In this document: positions 1 to 29,611 of the stretch, piece after piece
Layout of the letters: each line of letters starts with the position of its first letter
Position numbering within the stretch: the first letter of the stretch is position 1
Assembly (NCBI GenBank): GCA_963693365.1
Contig: CAVNZM010000010.1
Location: 5,829,794-5,893,793 of the forward strand
Direction: 5' to 3'
Source of the DNA: Amoebidium appalachense
Lineage: Eukaryota; Protista; Ichthyosporea
Length of the DNA stretch: 64,000 nucleotides
Program-made: the position numbers and the translations under genes
Notes under the pieces: model-generated
Seen by the model: only the letters and a program-made list of their open reading frames with translations
Told to the model about the DNA's origin: nothing
The model's database searches: none

Positions 1-326
1 ATGTGCAGCATTGTTTTTTTTTCTAAACCTCCAAGCCAAGCCAAAACATCTAGTATGTACTTATCAAACCTCGAGGACTAGCACACGTGCGGCAGGACAT
101 GCTTCGCCTACCAATTTTTGAGTCATAAGGAGACTTGTGTCTATCAACCACTGTGTCTGTATCTATTACAGCTAGTGCAACATTTTCTGAAAAACGAAGC
201 AACACTTTTGACAAATCAACCGCGTCCACCAAATAAGAAAGACAGAGAGCTAAGACCCCCCCCTCCCCCCCCCCCCCCCCCAAAAAAAAAAAAAAAAAAA
301 AAGGAATAAATAATAATAATAGTAAT

Positions 327-1715
327 CTAAGACTTTGGCTGATGCTGGGTGTAGAAAGGTTGCAGGGCCTCCTGCAGCTTTGTAGGGTCTATTCTATGCC
401 GCATGATTTCTTTGCCCTCGAGGTGCAGCACGGGGATATCAAACTTGTACTTCCTGAACCATTCCTTGTTCTCTGGTAGGCTGATGTCCACAACATCCAG
501 AGTATGCGGCAGCTGTGCAACAGAGACAGGGCTCAGTTTTTATGTGGGTGACACTCATCAAAGAGGCAAAGTTCAGAGTTTAGTGCACAAGCAAAGGTAC
601 TGCCGTGCCAGGGGAAGGAAGGGGCGGTGGGGGGGGGGGGGGGTTTGAATGCGGAACACAGTACGAAGTACGCATAAACGATGAGAAGCATGGTGCAGGA
701 CACATGCAATGGCAAACATTCAAGTATGCAACATCAGCCATGCGCAGTATGCATCATAAGCAGAAAGGGGGGAGGGGGACGGGACGGGGGAAGCAAAGGG
801 ATTACACTGAGAGCCATTAACATGTTTCTCTGAGCGTCCCTGCCACTCTTTCGGTAGGGTCAAGGGGGTTGAAATACAGTCGAGGGCAGAGGGGGGAAAG
901 GAAGGGGAAGGGGAGGACTGGGAGGGGGGGGGGGGAAGGGGGGGAGCGAGGAATGGAGGAAAGGGGGAAATGGGGAGGGAGAGAGTGTGGGTGAGAGAGA
1001 GAGAGAACAGAAGAAAAAAGAGAGATGGGGGGGAGGGGGGAAAGAGAGAGGGAGAGGGGCGGGGAGGGGGGGGGGGAGGGAGAGAGAGGGGGGGGGGGGG
1101 AGGGGGGGGGGGAACGGGAGATGAGTCAGCAACAGGGAGGGAAAGGGGGCAGAGAGAGATGTTCTCGCATTGAAGAGAAAAGGGAACAGTGGGGGAGGGT
1201 GACGGGCGAGGGCCGGAGAAGGAAGAGAGGGGTGGGGCGGGTCGGTATCTAAAAACTGGATGAGAAGAGAGTCGAGCGAAGGGGAGAGAGAGACAGAGAG
1301 TGACTCGAAGAATGGGGCCAGGGGAAAGGGGGGGAGGGGGGGGACAGGAGCGGGGTAGAAAACTGCACGTGCGTACATTTGCTCAAACAAACAGCGAAAA
1401 AAAGAAAACACCACAATTCGCTCATGTGCTTGGTGGCGTACCTGTGGCTGCAGTCTCTGAAGCACGTCCTTTGCTATGTCGCACAGAGAGCAGGTCCCAG
1501 CCTGTAGAGGGTAGCAGTTAAAGAACGCCCTATAACAATATCACTCATGAGCACGTAGTGGTCTGACTCAGTGACTACCGCAGTGCACGTGTGCAAGCTA
1601 TCCCTGTTAAAGAGTGATTGTGTTGCGCAAATCTTTCTCCCATGTTCCTGCAAGCCCAGGCTGAAAGTCTCTCTACCTTGCTGTATAGAGTTAGCCGCGG
1701 TAGTCTCGACGCCAT
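327..1715 (-). CDS. Glutaredoxin-like protein (C5orf63/YDR286C, DUF836-type); 3 exons: 1715-1677, 1501-1442, 512-327
   Basis: Hand-spliced at GT-AG sites, all phase 0: MASRLPRLTLYSK|AGTCSLCDIAKDVLQRLQPQ|LPHTLDVVDISLPENKEWFRKYKFDIPVLHLEGKEIMRHRIDPTKLQEALQPFYTQHQPKS*. CxxC (CSLC), VDI, W..KY..DIPVLH and HR motifs are typical of the family. Confidence 0.9.
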
Positions 1716-1864
1716 TTTTTTTTTTTTCCACAGCTGCAAGTGCTGGAAGCCGGAATGCTTCTTGTTTACGGCCGTAGAAGTGAAACTCAGTGGTGTGGTC
1801 CGTGAGCGGTGAGGTGGCCCGCCAGTGCAATTGTATTGATGACGTCACGTGTAGAACGTAAAGA

Positions 1865-2845
1865 CACACCCCTCCATCCTTCTATTAGACTTGCATTTAT
1901 TCGCACTTTTGTCTTCCCGGCATGTGAATATGGTTTACCCCTTCTCGCCGCTTGGATCAAGAAAGAGAGAACTAGAGCGCTTAAACCCTTGGCAAATTTC
2001 CTTGAAGTAGAAGTTGCCTCCTCTCTATCTAACAACTGTTGTAAACCTGGGCCTGTAACGCTCTTGATATATGGTCTGGTTCTAATAGCTGTTAGAGTAT
2101 CCCATCTCGCGCTGAAATTCAATAAGCACATAAGCCGCTTAAAGAATTATCTGCCCTCCCACCCTCTCTTCTCTATCCGACCTGTCCCCTCCCCACCTCT
2201 CCCCTCTTTCCTTCCCTCCCTCTCTCCTTCTTCCCCGGGCACAAATACAAATAAACCCCGTAAAAGTGTGCGTGTGCCTTTGGACTGCCACTTCCTTATT
2301 AGACATGTACATAATCACAAAATAATTACACAATATAACAAAATGGAAAAGATACCACACGACACTAGACCCGATGAAAGCAGACACCTTGAAAAACTAA
2401 GCCTTATGTCTCGTTTTATATATAATGACCGCTTTAACCATTTTGCCAAATATGGCACTCGCAAATGTATAACACCTAAATACATATTACCTTCCTGTAG
2501 AACTGGTCTTTCTCTAGCTGATACGGTATTATTGATCACTTACCACGCTTTTACTGTACACGTGCTATACAGTGGAGATCTATTAAGTATAAGGTGACAT
2601 CGTTTACATGCCCAAACAACACACACACGCACCAGTTCAAACAATCATGTATCGCCAAATGTAGTTTGATAGACCACATAATACCGCAACACACACACGA
2701 CACATTCAGAACGTTAACAGACACCCAGAAAGATAGCCTACCTGAAATTTACAACATCCTTGATTTTATACTAAACACACGTAACTATGACCTGTTTATT
2801 AGATGTATTGATTGGCTTGAGAAACACATCATTACAAAATTCTAG
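1865..2845 (+). mobile_element. 5'-truncated, frameshifted non-LTR retrotransposon fragment (RT thumb and C-terminal region)
   Basis: RLAFIRTFVFPACEYGLPL resembles the post-RT Y/FxxFxxPxxEYG motif. After a frameshift near 2545 it reads RAIQWR..FTCP..H..C..ILDFILN. Intronless; followed by (CA)n and an A-run. The true 3' boundary is uncertain (up to ~3200). Confidence 0.6.
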
Positions 2846-2858
2846 CGCACACACACGC

Positions 2859-2924
<66 letters not shown>

Positions 2925-2955
2925 CAGCTGATACCGAGTGTCCCAGGGGAGCCCG

Positions 2956-2987
<32 letters not shown>

Positions 2988-3916
2988 GGGGAACCCAACT
3001 AATTGGTTTTCTTAGTCTTTATGGTGCCTCGTAGAGAAAGTAAACCCTGATATATAATCATCACCCGACATCTATGTACTTGATCATGATATACCGCTGA
3101 GGGGATATTCCGAGCAAAACCCCCCCCATACCTGAGACTGGTCTCTCTTTGCCTCGAGTAAACAGCGTAAACCCCTAAAGGCCTTGGGGCACTGACGTCA
3201 CATAAAGAGGCCTTTGCACAATCGACTCACTGCCAGTCAGTCCTTTCCGACTGCAGATACGACTGGCATTGGTTGGAACCGGTTTCAAGTTTCAAGCTAC
3301 AATTAGCCGTGTACACGCAGGGTTTTACCAAAAGGGCCGAGACCGGGCATGGGCACATAGCAAAGCGTTGTTAAAGGCAGCCTGTAGGCTGTAGAAGCCG
3401 AAGCAAGGCTACTTTATTCATTCAAATAGCACGTTTAAGGCACGTTCTCGAGGCTTCTTCCCACTTACTAACTTGACCACACGACTACAACAGTCCAAAT
3501 ACTTATTGCTGTGTATCCTCCTCAGAGCCTGCTAGAGGAACCACAGTGCAATGCTGACACAGAAGCTTAAACAAACTACTATCTACATGGTATTCCTTTT
3601 TCTGCAAGGTCAGACATAAGCCCTTTCATATTAGTTGAACCTTTTGATTTGATTGCCTCGGAACTGGACCAGTTGTTAAAAATACCGCGCAAATTCTTCA
3701 GTCTCTGGCTGGAAATAGTAAAATAGTAACAGCAACCTTCACATGTAGAATAAAGAACAATATTAAAGGTGCAGGGTCTACCACCCCTCTCTTTCCTCTC
3801 TCACGAACACAGCTAAGAAGGTGTACACGTGTGCGTGTACCTACACATTCATTCCACCCTCCCCCCTAAAAAGAAGAGAGGGGAAAATATTGAACATTCA
3901 TACCCCAGGGTCCCAC

Positions 3917-11723
<7,807 letters not shown>

Positions 11724-12204
11724 CCAGCGTTGCCTGACTAAAGAATTGCACAACTTTCTCTACTACTTAGCTAAGGCAGTAGCCGTGAACATGACTGTTG
11801 GCTACACAAGGCGTCTCGCGTTGTCGAGTGAGTTTGCCTGCCGGGGACCGGTTTACACACTTCGATTTGAGTCAGACACAGTCACTCTTGCCATGACCCT
11901 TTGATTGCATAATTAGCTAATATGACTATCAACAACATGTTCTGATTCGTAGATCTTGAAGAAGAGAAACCTTAAACTAAAACATTTGCATGACAACTTT
12001 CCATAAAATTGAGTGGGGCAAACTTAATTTTAGTCTTTATAGTGAGGTAGACATTTTAAAGTGTTTAGTTGTTTTCACATATTGCCGCTACTGTTGGCCG
12101 TTGTCATGCCACTGTTGACACCGGTTCGGCCGGTACACGTACAGTCACACACGGTCAGAGAACAAGCGGCCGGCACCCCCTTAGCTTTTCCTATTATGAT
12201 TTCT

Positions 12205-12365
12205 TTGTATCTCTACTGCGATCATTCTTGGTACCTCTACGGCTGTGACACTTTCCTCACCACCTAATGCTATCCCTCTTTGTACCTCTACGGCTATCAC
12301 TCTTTATATCTCTACGGCTATCACTCTTGGTACCTCTACAGCTATCATTCCTTGTACCTTTACTA
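12205..12365. repeat. 24-bp minisatellite in the divergent DHHC/Angel intergenic region
   Basis: About 6 diverged copies of GTACCTCTACGGCTATCACTCTTT. Confidence 0.75.
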
Positions 12366-12374
12366 ATATTACTC

Positions 12375-20323
<7,949 letters not shown>

Positions 20324-20435
20324 TTTCAACCAATCACGTGCAGCTACTTTTTTAGTCAAGTAGGCTGGCTTGGTTTCCTAGTCGACACAGGGAATGCTCG
20401 AACCTGAAGGTTTTGTAACTGACCGGATGCCCCCC

Positions 20436-20479
<44 letters not shown>

Positions 20480-21026
20480 TTCCGGTATGAGTTATGGAGA
20501 TTTCGAGTTTGGTGGGTGGTTGGTGTTTTTATATCGGTTCGTGTCGTATTTTTGCTCTTAGCAAGATCGGCGTGTTGTTGGACATCTCTAATCGGATATG
20601 GCGACATTGGTTTCAACGGGTCAATTGATGGGGTATCATGGAGTAATTAAAACACGGCCTGATAGAATATCAATGAAGATATGAAGATAAAATAAATCAA
20701 GACTGCCCCCATGAAGACCGTCATGCCTCCCCCCCCCCCCCCCCTCCCCCCCCCTTCCCTCCCCGAGCCCCCAGCTGAAGCGCACTGGCTCGAGCTCGCT
20801 CTTTTTGCTCCCTGTCCACCCCCACCCCCACCCCCCCACCCCCTCCCCCACCCACCCCCCCCCCAAACTCCTTTCCGGTCAGACTCCTCCAACAAACCCC
20901 CCCCCCTCCCCCCCCCCTCCCCCTTTTTTTTTTCAAACCTTTATCCCCCCCTCCCCCCCCGCCCCGGTGCGGCCTTTCACTCTTTGTAAGAACCGGCCTA
21001 CCTCTCTTTGCCCCGTGTTTACACAT

Positions 21027-21423
21027 AGGGCCCAACCACATCGGCAGAGTCAACTTGCAAAAAGCAGAATTACTCTGCCTTTAGCAGAATTGTTCTGCTT
21101 TAAGCAGAATTATTCTGCTTCTAGCAGAAATATTCTGCTTCTAGCAGAATTATTCCGCAAAAAGATGATCATTCTGCTTTCGACAGCAGAATAATTCTGC
21201 TTGTAGCAGAATAATTCTGTTTTTAGCAGACTGATTCTCCTTTCAGCAGATTGATTCTGCTATTTGCAGAGTGATTCTGCTTTTAGCTTTTAGCAGATTG
21301 ATTCTGCTTTTGCAGAATGATTCTGCTCTTAGCAGATTGAATCTGCTTTTTGCAGAATAATTCTGCTTTTTGCAGAATAACTCTGCTCGGAGGAAGTTGA
21401 CTCGGCCGATGTGGTTGGGCCCT
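21027..21423. mobile_element. 397-bp MITE/foldback-like element with 30-bp TIRs and an internal palindromic array
   Basis: TIR AGGGCCCAACCACATCGGC(A/C)GAGTCAACTT at both ends with 1 mismatch. Flanked by ACACAT (21021-21026 and 21424-21429). The interior is ~15 units of AGCAGAATTATTCTGCT(TTT). Confidence 0.85.
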
Positions 21424-22023
21424 ACACATCCCGTTTGAAAGCAGACTACAGGTGTATATTGTAGCCGTGTGGCCGTGCTTTGAAATTCACAACACTTCGT
21501 AGTGAGGTTCTAGTCAAGCATACGGCACTGTCAACCACATAACCACAGCTAGAGCAAACGACGTGCCAGGAAGGATGGGTGTGGGGGGGGGGGGGGGGGG
21601 GGGGGGGGGTGACTCTGTTCAATGGCTCAAGTCATGTGGGCCAATATTATATTGGTGCCGGAAGGTGATGGCGCCACTGCGAGTGTCCTCTGCCTCCGTA
21701 TACATGTAAAGTAGTAATCTCAGTTGCAGTGTGATTACCCATATATGTGTTGATTAGTTATTATAGTGGAACGTTCTGGGCCAACGATGACCGTTGTGTG
21801 CCAAGGCCGTGCTACTTAACTGTGAACCGTGCATCCCCTACCTTCTTAGAAACTCACCTTTCAAAGTTCTTTAATTTCCAATCGTCTTCTCCTCCCACCC
21901 CCATCACACCCTGGGCCTGATGGGGGCTTCAGTGGGTCAGTAGGGATGGCGGGTTTGCTAGATTTTATGACTTATGTGCAAATTTGTGGCATCTTTCTTT
22001 CTTTTTTTTTTTGGTGGGTGGGT

Positions 22024-22061
<38 letters not shown>

Positions 22062-22117
22062 GGGGGTAGGAGAGAAGAAGATTTACTGAACAAAACCATA
22101 CCACGGTGAAAAAATCA

Positions 22118-22148
<31 letters not shown>

Positions 22149-22345
22149 GTTACAACTACGAAAATGTAAATCTCTTTCACCCTTTACCTTAAACGTTTAG
22201 CTTAAAAGTAAAGACACGAGAACATTGTTAAACAAGCAAAGTTCCTCCCACCCACTCCCCATCCCCCCCCCTCCCCCCCCCCCCCCCCCCCTCCGAATTC
22301 CCCCTCTCTCCCCTCCTCTCGAGTCCCTTCACCTTCCCTGGTCCA

Positions 22346-22417
<72 letters not shown>

Positions 22418-22639
22418 GAGAGAGCTATAGAGATAGAGCGAAAGAGAGAGAGAGAGAGATCAGGTGGGCACAAACACACACACACATGTGAGCGCACACA
22501 TACAAACACGCACATGTGCACACATTAATTTTTTAATTTGCATATGTCTGCTAGTCCGAGACGTTTTTTGAAAAACATGCCTTGGCAAAGCCCCAGTGAC
22601 CCTTCCAATTCCTTCGCACCCCCCTCCACCCCCCCCCTC

Positions 22640-22679
<40 letters not shown>

Positions 22680-23276
22680 CCGTCCCCACCCAACCACACC
22701 CTTACTGTTATACCGTAAGAGACAAACACACACACAGGTACACACTCACTCTTTATCTCTCTCTCTGTCTCTTTCTCTCTCTCTCTCTCTCTCTCTCCCC
22801 CCCCCCCCCCCCCTCCCCCCCCGCCCCCACCCTCCTCCCCCCTCCCCTCCCCCCCCCCCCCCCCCCCCAGTCCCCACCTCCCCTGCTTCTCTCTCTTTCA
22901 CCTAGCTTAAGGCCTACGTGGTATTTTGCTCTATAGGACACCTAATTTAGGACGTCACTAATCGATCACGCTTCGCGAGGATGCCTGGCGGCCGCAGCCA
23001 CCCCTTGCACAATGATTGGTTTTACCCATATATGGCACTTTCCTTTTTTTAGGCACTTGCTATGCAAGTTCCGCCATCGAGAAATTCCAACATGTCGGCA
23101 TTCCGTGGCGTGTTGTCAACATGTCGATCCAAAATTTAACGCACATCGACATCCAAATGATATCATAGTATACAGCTTTTTTTGTCATACGTGGTGCAAT
23201 CAATTCCATAAAATGTGTGGTTGCCATTAAGGTGCACCTTAAAATCTTAAGTAACTTCCAATCGAGAAGTGCGGAC

Positions 23277-23784
23277 ACATACACACACACACACAAACAC
23301 ACGCACCCACACGCATGCACCCACCCACCCACACACATATAACACCGCACACACACAAACACAATGCATACTCGTGCACACACACAAACACCGTTTACAC
23401 ATTACACACATACCGCACACACGCATACACACGCATACACACCAACACCGTGGCACACACAAACCGTGCACACACACACACACACACACATACACACACA
23501 CACCCACCCACACACACACACACTGCACATATACACAAACACCATGCACACACACCGTGCAAACACACACACCCTTATGCAGTACCGCGCACGCATACAT
23601 GCACACAAGCAAACACACGTACACGCAGCGGGCCACACGCATGTGCGCACACACACATGCGCATGCACCGGCGTGCATACTGAACACACACACACACACA
23701 CACACACACGACACACACATGCACACACACACACACCACACACGTGCACACACACAGACACACACACACACACCACACACACAT

Positions 23785-23846
<62 letters not shown>
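23277..23846. repeat. Degenerate (CA)n-derived tract
   Basis: Imperfect CA/CACG/CATA repeats; the source of the spurious His/Thr and Cys/Val ORFs. Confidence 0.85.
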
Positions 23847-23868
<22 letters not shown>

Positions 23869-24624
23869 AACAAAAAAACCCCAACCAACACACGTCGGCA
23901 CGCGGGCAGATGATGCTACACAGGTATTGTGATACTGCGCCGCATGCTGCGGGGATGCCATCCGTTGCAACAGGAGAATAAGTACCGTGCATTTGCCTCG
24001 GCTTTATTTTTCATTTCATTTGGTACAGATCATGTGGAGTAGTTGGCATGCATAACAATCAAGAGAAAAGTACAGAAATCATTAATCTAATACTAATTAA
24101 TCCACGAGTGTAAGAAAGGATCGGTGGTTTAACATTCAAATATAATTTTAGGGTCGACGAAAATGCCACCGCATGGAAATTTCCCACAAATTGCAGTATT
24201 AGTGGTAGTCAATTTCAAACACCCCATTCAATGAACCAGGTAGATAGTTAAAACGGGAGTAGATAGTCCCTACCCCCTATAAAGCAAGACTTGGAATTAA
24301 CAATCAAAAGAGCAAAATGCATGTTTAGATTGGGAAAAATTAGGGTCTATTTACAGCGACCTACTGCATGAGGGTTCAGAAAATAACGTTCATACTTGCC
24401 TGCATTCATATAAGCTAATTCTAAATCTGCTTTGTGCCGTCTTATCAATGCACACCATACAGTATTATGTCGTATCATAAAATTTAAGTTAGAACAAAAA
24501 AAAAAAAAAAAAAAAAAAAAGGAAAAAAAAAGGAAAAAAAGGAAAAAGTGAAAAAGCGCGGACGGAAAGCAAAAAAAAAAAAAAAAACCGGACGACAAAA
24601 AAAAACTGGACATCTAATCTCCAG

Positions 24625-24881
24625 TTAAGCCGATACAGTATGTACCGTAACATTCCTCCTCCGCCTCACCGCACGTCTAATCCGCGCAATCTGATTGGAG
24701 CAGAACTGCACCAGGGAGCTGACCATATCCATAGCCTTCCCTTTTCTCTTTTTCAACTTTTGCGTAAGCAGGCGGTGGTGGTTGTCGAATACTGCGTGCA
24801 CACACAGAAACACCGAGATGACTAGGCCCAGAGTCACGTTGACGGTGATGAGAAACATGATGAAAATCTGCAGGTATTTTT

Positions 24882-24912
<31 letters not shown>

Positions 24913-25227
24913 GAGGAAGGAGGGGACAGGAGTTGAGGTTTACCACGGTATAAAACACAGTCACAGCGGATTAAGAATGTGGGAATACAAACATGAAGGC
25001 GGTGGTGGGAAGGGGGGAGGGGGGCGGGAGAGGGGGAGAGAGGGAGAGAGAACGGATAGCCGGTGGGAAAAGGACAGGGGAGGGAAGGGAGGGAAGGGAG
25101 AGGTTGGGGGGGGGGGGGGGGGGGGGGGGGGGGTTTCGAGTTATGTTTAATCCAAGCTTAAGCGTTTTCAGATGGCCAAGCTCGAAAAGCCCATCCATCC
25201 CCACCCCTTTCCCCCCTCTCCCCTCCC

Positions 25228-25289
<62 letters not shown>

Positions 25290-25489
25290 AACCGACATTT
25301 CCCTACACCCATTCCTCCACTCTGAATGTTAACACCATGCTCATCATTAACCTGCAACTAAGGCGGGTTGAATAGGGACCCCAGAAAAAAAAAGGGGGGA
25401 AGGGGGGGAGGGAGGAGGGGGATGTTCTTCTTCTTCTTCTTCTTCTTCTTTTTCTTTCTTTATTTCTTTCTTTTTCTTTTTTTTTTATT

Positions 25490-25522
<33 letters not shown>

Positions 25523-25880
25523 ATATATCGCGTACCTGGTACCTAGCAGCCTGCTGTGGGGGGGTGCCTGAGAGGATCTGACCAGTCATCATACCGGGTA
25601 TGGACACAAGACCAATCACTTGCATGGAGTTGAGTGTGGGCATCATACCGGTGCGCATGGCCTGAGGATAAAGCCATTTCAATGTCAAATTGAACTGGGT
25701 GGTCGCGTGGGTGTAGGGGTGCAGGGTTGGGGGAGGGGGAGGGGGAGGGAGGGAAAGGGGAGAGGGAGCAGGGGAGGGGGCGGGGGGTGGGTGGGTGGGG
25801 GATGGGGGATGGGGGATGGTGCGAAGAGGATGCAAATGGGTATATGGTGGAAGTGGGGATGCGATGGTGTGCGTGTGTGT

Positions 25881-25942
<62 letters not shown>

Positions 25943-26784
25943 TTGGGCGGGCAAGGGGGGAAGAAAGAGAGAGAGAGAGGTAGAGGGGAAGAGAGAGAAA
26001 GAGAGAGTGAGTGAGAGGGAGGGATGAAAGGAAAGGAGGTATGGAGGGGCGGAAGGAGAAGAGGAGGTGGGGGAGGGATTGAGGCAGGGAGAGAGGGAGG
26101 GGGGTAGTGGGGGGGAGAGGGGGCGGGGGGGGGGGGAAAGAGGGGGGGGGGGGGGGGGGGGGGGGAGGGGGGGAGTGAAAGCGACAGCGAAAAGATTGAA
26201 AGATCATAGGCTGGGTTGGGGTGTTTGGGAGATGGGGGGACGCGGAGGGGGGACAGGAGGGGGAAGGGGAGGGGGAGGGGGCTGGGGGAAGGGGTATTAC
26301 ATCTCTGAGAAGTGGCCTTGTAGCTTCCCACTTTGTGGCCCCGGCAGCCAAAAGCAACTCAACTGACCTCCGGCCATCACTGTGATAGAGAAAGGGATGA
26401 GGGGGGTTGACAAGAGTAGTAAAACACATTGGGTTAGAATTGGAAAGGGCGGTGATGGGGGTAGGGGAGAGAATCTTTTTCTTACTCTCTTCTCCTTCTT
26501 TTCTTTTCTTTTTTCTTTTTCTTTTCCTCTTTCTTTCCTTTTTTTTTGTGTGGTGAAAGGGGGGAGTAAATCGTTGCTCGGTATAAAACACCTAACATAG
26601 AACATGTTCACTACACTGCCAATAACACAAGAATGAACAAAGGCTAAAGTAGGTGTGCATCCCCATTTACACCCAATGATACGAAAACCAGAAATGCAAC
26701 CCTTAAAAAAAAAAAAAAAAAAGTGCAGGCAGAAGGCTCTTGTGCAGAGCCTATCACCACTCGGAGGTTCCCATGCCTCCACAA

Positions 26785-26851
<67 letters not shown>

Positions 26852-27244
26852 TGTGTGTGTGTGTTGGGGGGACGGGGTGGGGAGGTGGGGGGATACGTTA
26901 TGGGGTATGAAGTACACCCTATAACCGGACAACATAATCCAGAGTGCAAACCACAAAGAACATGCGTAATAAGCAGAGCCCGGGGGGGGGAGGGGGAGGG
27001 GGGGAGCCGTGAGGGGAGGGGCGGGGGGGGGAGGGGGGGGGGGGACGGGGTAAGGAATACCTGAATTCCTTGAGGCACCTGTCTAGGGTGAGGGTGAATG
27101 AGCTGACCATATTCCCTAGCAGCATGCCCACCAATGGGATCACGTATTGCGCATCGTACCAGGGGGTGGGCCGCACCACGGCAAACACACCTGCACACAG
27201 GGAAGAAAAAAAAAGAACATAATCAGGATAGAATGTGGTGAGAT

Positions 27245-27277
<33 letters not shown>

Positions 27278-27566
27278 TTCCGGGGTTGGAGATTTTTTTT
27301 TTTTTTTTTTTGGGGGGGAGGGGGGGGGGGGCGGGGAGGGGGAGAGGAAAATTGTTTATTAGTGAGAGAGCAGGCCAAGGGGGGGGGGGGGGGGGAGGGG
27401 GGGAGAAAGAAGGTGGGGAGGGGGTAGGGGGAGGAGAGATGGCAGATTACGAGGGTAGGGAGGTTTAAAAGAGGGGGAGGAGGGGCGGGGGGGGGATATG
27501 CTGGAAGAGAAGGTGGTGGCGATGGCACCGTTCTTCTTTCTTTCTTATCTTTTTTTTTGTTGTTAT

Positions 27567-27598
<32 letters not shown>

Positions 27599-27601
27599 TT
27601 G

Positions 27602-27644
<43 letters not shown>

Positions 27645-27667
27645 CGTGTGGTGGTGGTGGTGGTGGT

Positions 27668-27700
<33 letters not shown>

Positions 27701-27923
27701 AGGGGGGGGGGGGGGGGGGGGGGGGGGGAGGGGGGGAAATACCAAAAGCAGTCGAAGCAGTGACAGCCAGACACATTGCAATGGCCGTGTCTAGGAGCAT
27801 GGCCCAGCCGTACGTGTGCTTGGGCCGGGCAAAGGTCTCCCGCACAGCAAGCAGCACGAGAACAAAGCAGATGGGTAGAACAGCATAGGGCTGGTTGAGG
27901 CGGAATACTATGTGTACGTGTGT

Positions 27924-27954
<31 letters not shown>

Positions 27955-28311
27955 GGGGGGAGGGAGGGATATGAGGGAGGAGGAAGGGGGTGGGGGTTGG
28001 GATGGGGGGTTGGGGTTGGGGGGGGGGGGGGGAGGGGTAGTATTTGAGGGGAGCAGGGGAGGAGAGGGTTTGTGTATTTAGGGGGGGGGGGGGGGGGGGG
28101 GGGGGGAGTGGTCGAGAGGAGGGAAGGTATGTGTCTTGTGATTGTGTGTGTGTGTGGGGGGGGGGGGGGAGGGGGAGGGGGGGGAGGGGGGGAAGGGGGG
28201 GGGGGGAGGAGGGTGTGTGTGTGTGTGTGTGTGTGTGTGCACGCTTGCAGATGGGTTGATGAATGTTGCTGCGTGTGAAGGAGAAGTGGGAGGGGAGGCC
28301 GAAAGGATTGT

Positions 28312-28353
<42 letters not shown>

Positions 28354-29168
28354 TGTGTTTGTGTGGGTGTGGGTGGGGGGGGGGAGGGGAAATGGAGGAA
28401 GTCAGTAGCGATTTTTTGAAACGGGAACATATAAAGTGACGGAATATCAAGGAGGCATCAGAGCAAAGGATGGGGGCGGAAAGGAGCACACGAAGGTAAC
28501 CAACAAGAAAAAACAAAACAAGGTAGGAACAGAATGGAAAAGGGAGATGGGGAAGCAGCCCCCCCCCCCCCCCCCCCCCCCCCCCCCCTTCCCTCCCCGA
28601 ACTCTGAATCTGGCCTCCGTTCATCCATGCACTAGTCATCTTCACTTGTCAATACTTTCGCTGTGTCCTGCTTCCATTCGCAAACTCACACAATATTCAA
28701 AAAAAGGAAAACCGGAAAAAGACTGTGAAGGAGACACAGATGGTGTAAACCAAATTATTGAACTGGAGTAGGCGGAAGGGGGGAAGGGGGGGACGGAGAG
28801 GAAGAAAGTGTCGAGGGGGGGGGGGGGGGGGGGGGGGGGGGAGTTACTTGGCTCCAGCACCAACCCGAGGATGATCAGCTGCACGACTGTGCGCACAGAT
28901 GCAACCACCTGCACCACATGCGATTAGACATCCCTGAATTTGAAAATCTTCATTCCCGCTTTCCCCCCTCTTTTTTCAAAAATTCTACCATCTAGTTTCT
29001 TTGCTTCCCCGAAACATATCCCTATGCCTGCCTGTGCCAGTCCTTCACCATCTATCTCCTAGTCTTGTGTTCAGTTTGTTTTTCCCTCCTTTTGGCTTCG
29101 CTCTGCTTTCTTCTGTTTGTGCTAGTAGAGAGAGCCACGGGTGGGGATGGCAGGTGCGATGGTGTGTT

Positions 29169-29242
<74 letters not shown>

Positions 29243-29344
29243 ACACAGGAAAAATGGACTCCTCTTTACACCCCTTTTTATTTCTTGTAGAAAGAAAGCA
29301 CAGGGTAACAAGACAAATATGGGAGGTTGAACCGGGGGAGGGAG

Positions 29345-29382
<38 letters not shown>

Positions 29383-29470
29383 ATACCAGTTTTTGGGCCA
29401 GGCCAAGCTGCATGTAGACAGTCAACAAAATATTGAGAGCCATGGCAGCAAAGCAATAGCTGCACAGTCA

Positions 29471-29502
<32 letters not shown>

Positions 29503-29579
29503 GTGCGTGTGTGTACCAAGTGTGTGTGTGAATATATAAGTGTGCACATGTCTGCGTTTCGTCCACGTGTGTGTGTGTG

Positions 29580-29611
<32 letters not shown>

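Noticed and set aside
2920-3200. Hammerhead ribozyme in the tail of the retroelement fragment
   Set aside because: No CTGANGA...GAAA core with the required stems could be identified by eye.
21057-21390. CRISPR-like palindromic repeat array
   Set aside because: The repeats are adjacent with no unique spacers, lie inside TIRs in a eukaryotic context, and have no cas genes nearby.
22907-23245. Possible TTAA-flanked MITE (piggyBac/Kolobok-like)
   Set aside because: There are several TTAA sites but no matching terminal inverted repeats.
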